This document shows positions 40,275 through 53,924 of a stretch of 64,000 nucleotides of DNA, piece by piece (within the stretch, counting starts at the first letter, position 1; every line of letters starts with the position of its first letter). The translations under genes were made by a program, and so were the position numbers. The stretch lies in assembly GCF_009914755.1 (NCBI RefSeq), contig NC_060925.1. One strand, written 5' to 3'. Origin of the DNA: the human T2T-CHM13v2.0 reference genome, Homo sapiens. The notes below the pieces were generated by a model. It made no database searches, was not told where the DNA came from, and worked only from the letters and a program-made list of their open reading frames with translations.

Positions 40275-40949
40275 GTTTTTTGTTAAATTTAATCCTAACT
40301 GGGTTTGGTGCTGTTGTAAATGAAATTGTTGGTTCCTTTTGAACTGAAAATCAATAGCTAACTTGAAGCCCCAGAGCTGTAGAGGTCCACTTCCACCTCT
40401 TTGGTAAGGCTATGTCACACATTGCCTTCTGTACAGACAGGAATACTTTTTGTTTTATTATTTTTGTTTTTGCTCTGAACAAAAATATGATTTTTTTTCT
40501 AAGCAATATAACATTAATGTGCACTAAATAGATGACTTTCAAGGAGTATATACTATTTCTCAAGGAAATTCTCAATTCCTACTTTCTTTCTAAGACCACC
40601 CATTGGGATTAATTTTCCATCACTCACCAAATCCTAAGACTCTATCATAGCACCATAATTTTATTTCTGAAAAAAAAAATTTTGCTAGCTCTGTTTCAAA
40701 AAATGTTATCTTATTATAATAAATATGTCAATTTGTACATCTATGTTTATCACTTAATAAATATTTATAAATAAATGTGAAATTAAATTAGATTCTTATG
40801 TCTATCAATATTAGTACCACTATATTATAATTATTTTAAGCATGTGGCTCATGTGAATTATTTACTCTTTATTAACTTGCATTGACACGATAGCATCCTA
40901 GTAGTGACCCTACTTTCAGGTACTTTATGACCTATATTTTTAATTTAAA

Positions 40950-43657
40950 AGGTGGATTTCCTAACTAGATTACCATGACTTTATTTATGCTATTTGGTAA
41001 TGCCTTCCCATATCAACTCTGGGCTTGGACAAGTGACTTATTTGATGGGGGACAAGAGTAAAATAATTCAAGTAGAGGCTTTATAAGCACTTTCACATTT
41101 TAATTTTCTCTCTTGTTCTTCTGTCTTTGTTATCAGAACACTCTGTGGTAGACTCCTGCAGATATATAAAAAACATTATAAGAGTTTAGTTTCCCCAGTT
41201 GATTTAGATCTGTCAGACCCTAGCCAACCTTCCAACTGTGTATAGTTTGTTCTCACACTGTTATGAAGAAATACCTGAGACTGGATAATTCATAAAGAAA
41301 AGAGGTTTCACTGACTCACAGTTCTGCATGGCTGGGAAGGCCTCCAGAAACTTGCAATCATGGTGGAAGATAAAGGGTAAGAAAGGAACCTTCTTCACAG
41401 GGTGACAGGAAGGAGAAGTTCTGAGCAAAGGGGGAAAAAGCCCCTTATAAAAGCAATAGATCTTGTGAGAACCCATTCACCATCACTAGAATAGCATGGG
41501 GGTAACTCCCCCCATGATTTAATTACCTCCTACTAGGTCCCTCCCACAACATGGGGATTATGGGGACTAATTCAAGATGAGATTTGGGTGGAGACACAGC
41601 CAAATCATCTCATTCTGCCCCTGGTCTCTCCCCAGATCTCATGTGCTCACATTTCAAAACACAATCATGCCTTTCCAACAGTCTCCTAAATTATTAGCTC
41701 ATTCCAGCATCAATCCAAAAGTCCAAGTCCAAAGTCTTATCTGAGACAAGGAAAGTCCCGTCTGCTTATAAGCCTGTAAAATCAAAAGCAAGTTATTTAC
41801 TTCCTAGATACAATGGAGGTACAGGCATTGGGTGGATATACCCATTCCAAATGGGAGAAATTGGCCAAAACAAAGGGGCTACAGGCACCATGCAAGTCAA
41901 AAATCCAGTGAGGCAGTAATTAAATCCTAAAGCTCTGCAATAATTTCCTTGGGCTCCATGACTCACATTCTAGTCACGCTGATGCAAGAGATGGGTTCCC
42001 ATGGCTTTGGGTAGCTCCACTCCATGACTTCACAGGGTATAGCCTCGATGGTAGCTGCTTTCATGGGCTGAGGTCCAGTGTCTATGTCAGTGTCTATGAC
42101 TTTTCCAGGTGCATGGTGCAAGCTGTCAGTGGATCTATCATTCTGGGGTCTGGAAGATGGTGGCCCTGTTCTCATAGCTCCACTAAGCAGTGTCCCACAT
42201 TTCCCATCTGCACTGCCCTAGCATAGGTTCTATATGAGTGCTCTGCCCCTGCAGCAAACTCCTGCCTGGACATCCAGACATTTCCATACAACACCTGAAA
42301 TCTAGGCAGTGGTTCCTAAACCTCAGTTCTTGACTGCCATGTACCTGTAGGCTCAACATCACATGAAAGCTGCTAAGGCTTGGGGCTTGCACTGTCTGAA
42401 GCCATGGACTGAGCAGTACCTTGGTGCCTTTTAGCCATGGCTGGGAAACAAGGCACCAACTTCTTAGGCTGCACAAAGCAGAGGTACTCTGACCCTGGCC
42501 CAGGAAAGTAATTTTTCTTCCTAGGCCTCGAGGCTTGTGATGGGAGGGGCAGCCACAAAGTTCTCTGTCATGCTCTGGAGACATTTACCCCATTGTTTTG
42601 GAAATTAACATTCACATCCTCATTATACATGCATATTTCTGTAGCTGGCTTGAACTTCTCTCTAGAAAATGGGTTTTTCTTTTCTACTGCATCATCAGGC
42701 TGCAAATTTTCTGAACATCTATGCCCTGCTTCATCTTGAGTGCTTTTCCCCTTAGAAATTTTTTTATCAGATACGCTAAATCATTTCTCTCAAGTTCAAA
42801 GTTCCACAGATCTCCAGGGCAGGGGCAAAATGCTGCCAGTCTCTTTGCTAAAGCATAGCAAGCATCAACTTTATTTCAGTCCCCAATAAGTTCCTTTACT
42901 CCACCTGACACCACCTCAGTCTAGATTCATTGTCCATATCCCTATCAGTATTTTGGTCAAAACCTTACAACAAGTGTCTAGGAAGTTTGAAATTTTTGCA
43001 CACTTTCCTGTCTTCTTCTGAGCTCTCCAAAATATTCCAACCTCTCCCTGTTACCCAGGTCCAAAGTCACTTCCACATTTTTGGGTATCCTTATAGCAGC
43101 ATCCCACTTTAGCAGTACCAATTTACTGTATTAGTCTGTTCCCAGGCTGCTATGAAGAAATACCTGAGACTAGGTAATTTATAGAGAAAAGAGGTTTAAT
43201 TGACTCATAGTTCTGAATGGCTGGGAAGGCATCCAGAAACTTACAGCTCTGGCAGAAGTCAAAGAGGAAGAAAGGCACCTTCTTCACAGGGTAGCAGGAA
43301 AGAGAAGTGCTGAGCAAAGGGGGAAAAGCCCCTTATGAAAGCATCAGATCTTGTGAGAACTCACTCACTATCATGAGAATAGCATCAGGGTAACCGGCCC
43401 CTTGATTCAATAACCTCCCACTGGGTCCTTCCCACAACATGTGGCGATTATGGGAACTACAATTCAAGATGAGATTTGTGTGGGGACACAGACAAACCAC
43501 ATCAAACTGCTAGCAAATTCATGAGCAAGTTCAGATAAGATCAATCAAACCCGGATCAGATCATCAGACTATACAACTGACTTCTTGTTGTCTTTAACCA
43601 TTTGCTTTTTGCATGATCTGCCACACAGCCTTAATGTTGGGACAGATAATTATTACA
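40950..43657 (+). mobile_element. Old MLT1 LTR split by the THE1 insertion (40950-41238 and 43505-43657)
   Basis: ACTCTGGGCTTGGACAAGTGACTTATTTG and AGTAGAGGCTTTATAAGCAC on the left; CATGAGCAAGTTCAG and TTGTTGTCTTTAACCA on the right. Confidence 0.6.
41239..43504 (-). mobile_element. Complete THE1 (THE1C-like) MaLR provirus: LTR 41239-41612, internal 41613-43126, LTR 43127-43504
   Basis: Two direct LTRs with TG...CA ends, THE1 internal sequence, 5-bp TSD AACTG (41234, 43505). Confidence 0.95.
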
Positions 43658-43821
43658 AATATATATTAAATAATTCAGGAATTGGCTTTGGTTTATGGAA
43701 CACACTTTCAATAGCACTGCCCAAAATAATCCAAATGTACTGCTTTTCTGTTAACATCCCAGGAAAATAACCTATTCTGATTTTTTCTTTTTAAAAATTT
43801 ATAACACTAACCTTCCTAACA

Positions 43822-43937
43822 GCCTATAATCCCATGAGGCAGAGATTTACATTATTCTTGTTAACTCATTCCAAGCACATAAAACAGAGTTCAGCATAAA
43901 GTATGTACTCAATAAATATTTGTGAAGTTAATGAATA
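43822..43937 (+). mobile_element. L2 3' tip
   Basis: CCATGAGGCAGAGA...GTACTCAATAAATATTTGTGAAGTTAATGAA. Confidence 0.7.
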
Positions 43938-44065
43938 ATTTCTTTAAATAGCTACATGAAAAATGTAAAATGAGTAAATGATGTTCAAGATGTGATATGA
44001 TATAGAATATTTAGCTCTATGAGGTTTGCATGACAAAAAACTTAAGACTGAAATAGGAATTTTCA

Positions 44066-44809
<744 letters not shown>

Positions 44810-44851
44810 AAAACATTAGACAAAACTGAATTTAATCATAATTATAAGTGC

Positions 44852-47187
44852 TGATATGGTTTGGCTGTGTCCTCGGCTGAAATATCATCTTGAATTTAGC
44901 TCCCATAATCCCCGCCTGTCATGTAGGGACCTAGTGGGAGGTAATTGAATTATGGGGGCGTGTTTTTCCCATGCTGTCCTCATGACAGTGAATAAATCTC
45001 ACAAGATCTGCTGATTTCATAAAGGCCAGTTCCCCTGCACACAGTCTCTTGCCTGCCACCATGTAAGATGTGCCTTTGCTCCCTCACTTTCTGCCATGAT
45101 AGTGAGGCCTCCCCAGCCATGTGAAACTGTGAGTCCATTAAACCTCTTTTTCTTTATAAATTATCCAGTCTTGGATATTTCTTCATAGCAGTATGAAAAT
45201 TGACTAATACAATAAATTGGTACTGGTAGACTGGGGTGCTGCTTATAAGGATACATGAAAATGTGGAAGCGACTTTGGACCTGGCCAAAAGACAGAGGTT
45301 GAAACAGTTTGAAGGGCTCAAAAGAAGATAGAAAAAAGTGAGAAAGTTTGGAACTTCCTAGATACTTGGAGGTCTCAGATGATAGAAGATGTGGGAAAGT
45401 TTGGAAATTCATAGAGGCTCAAGTGGCTTTGATTGAAATGGTGACAGTGATATGGACAATGAAGTCTAGGCTGAGGTAATACCCAATGGTAATGAGAAAC
45501 TTGTTGGGATGTGAAATAAAGGTGATTCTTTCTATGCTTTACTAAAGAGATTGGCAGCATTTTGCTCCTGCCCTAGAGATCTGTGGAACTTAGAACTCGA
45601 GAGAGATAATTTAAGGTATCTGGTGGAAGAAATTTCTAAGCAGCAAAGCATTCAAGAGGTAACTAGGGTGCTCTTGAAAGCATTCAGTATCATTCATTCT
45701 CAAAGATATTGTTTAGATTTGGAATTCATATCTAAAAGGGATGTAGAGCATGAAAGTTTGGAAAATTTGCAGCCTGGCAATGCATTAGATAAGAAAAACC
45801 CATTTTCTGGGAAGAAATTCAAGCCACTTACAAAAATTTGCATAGATAACAAGGAGCCAAATGTTCATTGCCAAGACAATGGGGAAAATGTCTCCAGGAC
45901 ATTTCAGAAGTCTTCAAGGCAGCCCCTCCCATCACAGCCATCACAGGCCTGGAGACCTAGGAGGGAAAAATGGTTTCATGGGCAGGGCTCAAGCACTTGC
46001 TGTTTTGTGCAGTCTCAGGACATGATGCCTGTGTCTCAGCCATGGCTGAAAAGCATTAATATACAGTTCAGGCTATTGCTTCAGAGGATGCAAGCCCCAA
46101 ACCTTGGCAGCTTACACATGGTGTTGGGCCAGCAGTTGCACAGAAGTCAAGAATTTAGATTTGGGAACCTCTGCCTAGATTTCAGAGGATGCATGGAAAT
46201 CCCTGAATGTCCAGGCAGAAGTGTGCTGCAGGAGTGAAGCCCTCATGGAGAACCTCTGCTAGGGCCATGCAGAAGGGAAATGTGGGTCACTGCATAGTGG
46301 AGCTGTGAGAAGGACCACCATTCTCCAGATCCCAGAATGGTAGATCCACTGACGACTTCCACTGTGAGCCTGGAAAAGCCACAGACATTCAACACTAGCA
46401 CATGAAAGCAGCTAGGAGGGGGGCTGTGTTCTGCAAAGCAACAGAGGTGGAGATGCCCAAGGCCATGGGGGCCCACCTCTTGCATTTGTGTGACCGAATG
46501 AGTGACACAGAGTCAAAGAAGATCATTTTGGAAATATAAGGTTGAATGGCTGCCCTACTGGATTTCAAACGCACATGTGATCTGTAGACCCTTGTTTTTG
46601 CCAATTTCTGTCATTTGGAATGGGTGTATTTACCCAATGCCTGTACCCCCATTTGTGTCTAGGAAGGAAGGAACTTGCTTTTTATTTTACAGGCTCATAG
46701 GCTAACGAGACTTACCTTGTCTCAGATGAGACTTTGAACTTGGACTTTTGATTAATGCTGAAATGAGTTAAGATTTTAGGGGACTGTTGGAAGGGCACAA
46801 TTGTGTTTTGAATTATGACAACATGAGATTTGGAAGGGGTCAGTGGTGGAATTATATGGTTTGGCTGTGTCTCCACCTAAATCTCATTCTGAACTGTAGC
46901 TCCCATAATCCTCACATGTTGTGGAAGGGGGCTGGTGGGAGGTAACTGAATCATGTGATAGTGAATAAGTCCCACAAGATCTGATGGTTTTATAAAGGGC
47001 AGTTCCCCTGAACACGCTGTCTTGCCTGTTGCCATGTAAGATGTGCCTTTGCTCTTCCTTCACCTTCTACCATGATTGTGAGGCCTCCCTAGCCACGTGA
47101 AACTGTGAGCTCATTAAACCTCTTTTTCTTTATAAATTACCCAGCCTCTGGTATTTCTTCATCGCAGTATGAAAATGGACTAATACA
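44852..47187 (+). mobile_element. Complete THE1 (THE1B/C-like) MaLR provirus: LTR 44852-45211, internal 45212-46851, LTR 46852-47187
   Basis: TGATATGGTTTGGCTGTGTC...GACTAATACA LTRs, 5-bp TSD AGTGC (44847, 47188); ORF 45551-46237 is a remnant of the MaLR internal ORF. Confidence 0.95.
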
Positions 47188-47299
47188 AGTGCAATCTAGG
47201 GACATAAGTGAATCTATTGAAACCTGCATAAAACATATTAATTCATATATGCATTGAAGTGAGGAAAAGTGTTTCCTACCAATGTTCTAATTAGTTTTC

Positions 47300-47450
47300 T
47301 TTTCTTTCTTTTATTGACAGATAAAATTGTATGTATTTTTTACTTACAACATGATGTTTTGAAGTATGTATAAATTGTGAAGTGAATAAATCTAGCTATT
47401 TATGGTACAACATGTTGACGATTGTCAATAAAAATATTTTGTATTCTGGA
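47300..47450 (-). mobile_element. Short L1MA 3' tip with a small inverted piece (47400-47450, + orientation)
   Basis: TTTATTGACAGATAAAATTGTATGTATT...ACAACATGATGTTTTGAAGTATGTATA, then TACAACATGTTGACGATTGTCAATAA...GTATTCT. Confidence 0.6.
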
Positions 47451-47749
47451 TTAAATATTATACTAGAAATTGTACCTAATATATTCCCAGAAAAATTAAT
47501 GAATAGAATGAATTAGCAATATATACATTGATAGAGTCAGGATTGCCCATATGTTTAGATATAGAATATTGTCATGAAAATCTAAGTGAATCTATAGGTA
47601 GAGTTTAATAATTAACAAGATAAATTTTCATGATTACTTGCTTAAAGATCAGCACAAAATAATACATGCTGTATATACATCCTTAACAATAAATTATTAT
47701 TTACAAATATCACACCATCTAAATTTTAGCAAAGACCAATAATTGTTTA

Positions 47750-47985
47750 TAAATACTGAGTTATTTTTATATTGGCAAGTGATAATCTAAGCAATTTACA
47801 TTTATTAACTCATTTAATCATCACAGCAACCATATAAGTCAATATGTTTGCTGTTTCTATTTCCTAGGATTTTACAAATGATGTATCGATTGTTCAGTGA
47901 TTTTAAGTTTTTAAGGTTAAAGTGCTGGAATTAGGATTTGAACACATTCTGTATAGATCCAGAAACTTTACTTTTGATTTCACTA
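47750..47985 (-). mobile_element. MIR SINE
   Basis: TTTACATTTATTAACTCATTTAATCATCACAGCAAC...GCTGGAATTAGGATTTGAAC. Confidence 0.7.
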
Positions 47986-48198
47986 CCTTAGTATAAAGAT
48001 AAAAGATAAAACTTGACAAAAAAATCTATGGAAAAAATTATATTGTTTTATCAAATAATTTTTAAATGAATAAAAATAGTATCTTATAGAAAGAAAAAGT
48101 GTTTTAACATGTTAATCAAACATTTAATATAATTTCAAATTAAATGGAATTTCATGCAACTTTTAAAAGCCACATGGAAGACTGGTGGAACAAAATAA

Positions 48199-49641
<1,443 letters not shown>

Positions 49642-50034
49642 AAAAAGATGGTGGAACTTGACTCACAAGGAATACTATAAAGTTATAGCATTTAAGTCTA
49701 ACAATACTAAAAGAGGGATACACACTTCAACTATTAGAATAAAATTAGTACAGTGAAACAAATTAACACATATATGGAAATTTGATTCATTTCCAAAGCA
49801 AAATTACTTGTTATAAATTAATGAATGAGTTTTGACTAATTATGCTGAGACAACTAGTTGTCCTCATTTTAAATAACTAAGTGAGTTTCCCTACTTCACA
49901 TTAAACTTAACTATAAATTCTACTTTAATGAAGAAACTGAAAAGAAAAGAATATTAGAAGAAGTACATGAGAATAGCTTTTTGACTCTTAAGATGGCAAG
50001 AATCTTTTGAGCATATCATAAAGGATCCCAATTT

Positions 50035-50283
50035 ATTTTTTTTAATTGTTAAATATTTGTTTTGTTTGAAAAGGTCTTGATCTGCTACCCAGGTTGAAGT
50101 GAGGAGGTGCAATTATACCTTACTCAAACAATCCTCCCACTTCAGCTTCCTCAGTAGGTGGGATTACAGGCATGCACCACCATGCCCTACTAAATATTTA
50201 ATTTTTTATTTTTGGTAGAGATGGTGTCTTGTTATATTGCCTAGGCTGGTCTTGAGCTCTTGGCTTCAAGCAATTCTCCTGCT
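50035..50283 (-). mobile_element. Decayed AluJ with internal deletion and 5' truncation
   Basis: CAATCCTCCCACTTCAGC, GGATTACAGGCATGCACCACCATGCC, TATATTGCCTAGGCTGGTCTTGAGCTCTTGGCTTCAAGCAAT. Confidence 0.85.
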
Positions 50284-51084
50284 AGGCAGAATCTGAGTTT
50301 TTTAAAGTTATGAACATATTTAGAAACATTAAATTATTCTGCATAATAAGAGATCCCATAAATAGAATTAAATGAAAAACACAATTTCAGTGCACTCTTT
50401 ACAGTGATTACTATAATAAAAACATATTACTCAGAATATTAAAGACCACTTATAAATAAGGAAAAAATAATAAAATGATCAAGCATATAGTGGATTCTCA
50501 GCTACATCTCAGAAGAAGAAGTTCAATGCAATTAGAACATGAATGTTTATTTCAGCAGTATTTAGGGAAATCTATTTAAAAAGCAATAAATTGTCACTTA
50601 ACATCTACTAAATAGACAAAACTGAAATCTGACAGTAACAAAAAGAAACAAAAGGAACTTGTAGTGTTATACACTGATACAACTGCCTTCAAAAAAATCT
50701 GATATAGTCTAAAAATGTTGAAGGAAAAAGGAAAGTTGAATGAAGAATAAAATGTCATATGCAGCAGGATGTTATTTCTATAATTGTGAAAAACATACAA
50801 CACAGTACTATGCATTGTAAGGATGCAGAAATATGTATTAAACTTACAAAAACATACACAAAAAGATAAACATAAAATTAATGATGGTATTTATTACCAT
50901 GGAGAAATATAGTTACATGGGCAGTCTACCCAGTAAGCTTCAACACCAACTGTAATACTGATGTGAAGAAATGATAAAATTGAAGGTGGTGAGTAAATAA
51001 GTCTTCATTATCTTGATCTTTGTACACCAATTCATGTTACAATATTTATTAAATATTAATACATTTAGCAGACAGCCGTTATTT

Positions 51085-51710
51085 TATTGATTCAACAAAA
51101 ATGATTGAGTTCTCAATTTGTCCCAGTTATGTTTTAAGTTCTAGAGGTATAAATATGTAAAACAGTCACTGTTTGCTCTGTACAGTAGTGTATATGGTTC
51201 AGGAGAGTACAGAATGTTGTTAGGGGTGTGGGACGGGTAAGGAGACAGACTTAACAACATAACAAACATGTACTATGTCGGATAGTCAGTGAAAAGAAAA
51301 CAGGATAGAAATAAGAAGATAGAATGTAACGAAAAGTATTGCAGACAGTGTTCAGAGAAGATCTTTTTGGTATCATGACTTTACATAAGTGAAGAGAAGA
51401 TTAAAGGGGAGTCTTGGGAAGATAGTTTAGATGAAGAAAACAGCAATTATATTGCGATTGCAATGGTTCTGATAAGAATACGTGAGAAGAATACGTTAGA
51501 AGAATTAATGAAAAGTATTGCAGACAGTGTTCAGAGAAGATCTTTTTGGTAAGATGACTTTACATAAGTGAAGAGAAGATTAAAGGGGAGTCTTGGGAAG
51601 ATCGTTTAGATGAAGAAAACAGCAATTACACTGCAATTGCAATGGTTTTCAGAAGGATATGTAAGAAGTATTCAAAAAACAGGAAATCAAAAAAGGAGGG
51701 TATGGCTTTA
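51085..51710 (-). mobile_element. L2 fragment containing a tandem duplication
   Basis: ATTGATTCAACAAAAATGATTGAG...GTTTTAAGTTCTAGAG start; purine-rich L2 antisense body. Confidence 0.6.
51321..51668. repeat. Tandem duplication, period 179 bp
   Basis: GAAAAGTATTGCAGACAGTGTTCAGAGAAGATCTTTTTGGTA at 51331 and 51510; the copies stay near-identical for ~140 bp. Confidence 0.97.
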
Positions 51711-52524
51711 ATGATCACATGCCACATTTTAGAAATTATAAACTAAATGTAAAATCATCATTATTTATGAACAAACACAAGAACATATTAATTTCTGTAA
51801 AAAATAATAATAGGATTATAAGATGCACAGCTTATTTTTAACCACAAGGACTTTTATTTTGTGAAACAATTTGATATTTTGTTTTCCTCAAATCTAAATA
51901 AGATGTGTTTTAATGTATTTTCACTGTATTTTTATGTGATATATAAATTGACAAAAGTTCACAAAAAAGTAGTGTTGAAATTTAGTATATTAAATGTCCA
52001 TTCGAATTTTATATAAAAATATAATTAATATGTACTGAAAATGCTAATGAAAATTTAACAAAAATCAGTTTATGTGCAGGTACTTTAATAAAGTAGAGTG
52101 GTGCTGAATTTCTATTTTATTTTTTATGTAAATACATTCTACTTCACACTTGTTTTACAGAAGATGAAGTACACTTCAAGCACATGCAGCAGCATCAAGA
52201 ATGGTGTCCAGGAAAGACAGCTATTGAGATGTAAATAAACACTGAACTCATTTGATAACTTAGGGATCTGGAGAGCTACACATTTTGAAGAAAGTGAGAA
52301 TTATAGTATGAGCATTCAGAAACAAAGATGAGATGGAATAAAACAAAATATTAAAATTTTAAAATGACACAGTACAACATCAAAATATCTAACTGATAAA
52401 GGTAATTCAGCATGAGGCTTATGCACACAACTTTACTGACCTCAGATATTCCTTCTCTTTTTTTAAATGAGAAATAGATAAATCTCTTTGTCAGGAGCAT
52501 GAGAATTTCTAAGAATTGCTTTCA

Positions 52525-52650
52525 ATCTCTCCCTCTCTCAAGAGAAATCTCTCTCTCTCTCTCTCTCCACACACACACATACACACACACAAATACATCA
52601 CCACCACAAAACACATGCACACACACACACACACACCACAAAACACATAC
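52525..52650. repeat. Compound (CT)n-(CA)n low-complexity tract
   Basis: Read directly; includes two CACCACAAAACACAT units. Confidence 0.9.
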
Positions 52651-52794
52651 AAGGCAAAATGTTTTTAAATAGCATTTTTCCCTTTTGTCTGTATCCTATT
52701 TCCATGAATGATTAATTTTGGAACAAAGTCCTTGGCATTAAATAGACTTGTGTTTAATTATTGACTCTTTTAATTAGAAATATTTTAATCATAA

Positions 52795-53274
52795 GTGCAT
52801 TGTATTTCTGTGGCTGCCACAACAATTACAATTAATTTTCTAACAAATTACCACAAACCAAAATGTATTGCTTCATTATTTTGCAGACTATACATCTGAA
52901 ATTTTTATCACTGGACTATAATCAAATTGTGTGTAAGGCCACACTTTCTCTGAAGTCTCTACGAGAGAATCCATCCTTCTTTTTTCCAGATTGTATTGGC
53001 TGCTGCAATCCTTGGCTTCTGGCTGCATCATTCAATCTCAGTCTCTGTCTTCACATTACCTTCCCCTCACCTGTCTGTTTAATCTCCCTATACCTCTCTC
53101 TTATAGGAAACTTGTGACTGCATTTAGGGCTCACCTGGATAATCCAGGATAAATCTCTTTATCTCGATTATTAATTATATCTACAAAGACCCATTTTTCA
53201 TTATAAGGTAATATTTATAGTTTCCAGTAATTAGGGCATGATATTGTTGAGGAGCTATTATTCTGCCTACCATA
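52795..53274 (-). mobile_element. MLT1D/C-like solo LTR
   Basis: TAACAAATTACCACAAAC, CCTTGGCTTCTGGCTGCATCA, GGGCTCACCTGGATAATCCAGGATAA, TATTCTGCCTACCATA end. Confidence 0.82.
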
Positions 53275-53363
53275 GCTAGTAAGAAAAAAATTCACTCAAA
53301 CTGGTAAAAGCAAGACAATAAAAGTTACAAAATATTTCAAATACACTAAAATGGGAAAATAAA

Positions 53364-53512
53364 TTTTCCCAACTTTGTTTTTAAGTTCCAGGGTACATGT
53401 GTAGGATATGCAGGTTTGTTACGTAGGTAAACATATGCCATGGTTGTTTGCCGCACAGATCAACCCATCACCTAAGTATTAAGCCCAGCATCCATTAGGT
53501 GTTCTTCCTGAT
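53364..53512 (-). mobile_element. Short L1PA (PA10-13-like) 3' tip
   Basis: TTTAAGTTCCAGGGTACATGTGTAGGATATGCAGGTTTGTTACGTAGGTAAAC...GCACAGATCAACCCATCACCTAAGTATTAAGCCCAGCATCCATTAG. Confidence 0.9.
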
Positions 53513-53924
53513 CTTACAGAGTGCAAAGGAAGAGTGGCTCCAGACAAAGTGAATCAGAGGCCAGCAGCATCATCAGAGTGGCAACTCTATGTGGAAGTGA
53601 ATCTCTCTCCTCTGCTTCTCCAGGTGAGAAAACATCCTCAGGTTTGCTTCATTTCTAATACAATAAAAACAACCAACCAACCAAAAAATCAAATATGCTG
53701 AAAGTATTCTCAACTACTCAACACAGCCATGTTTTTTGCCTCAATCTTATTGGGGAAAGGGGAAAATATTTAAACCAGAATAAAACAATGTGATCAGTGA
53801 GAACCTGGCTTAAGTCACTAGGGTTTCTATTGTTATCAGAGGTAGGTTAATTATACACAAATTACATAGCCAAAAATAGGAGAGATCAACATGGCTTAAA
53901 GCAAAACCCCTATATAAACAGTGG

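Larger units (their letters stand above)
39000..40335 (-). mobile_element. Old L1M ORF2 fragment (antisense), split by the NUMT
   Basis: ATTTCTATGATGACTAATGAGGCTG...CCATTTGTACATCTTC; L1 resumes after the insert with TTGTTAAATTTAATCCTAA...GCTGTTGTAAATGAAATTG. Confidence 0.72.
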
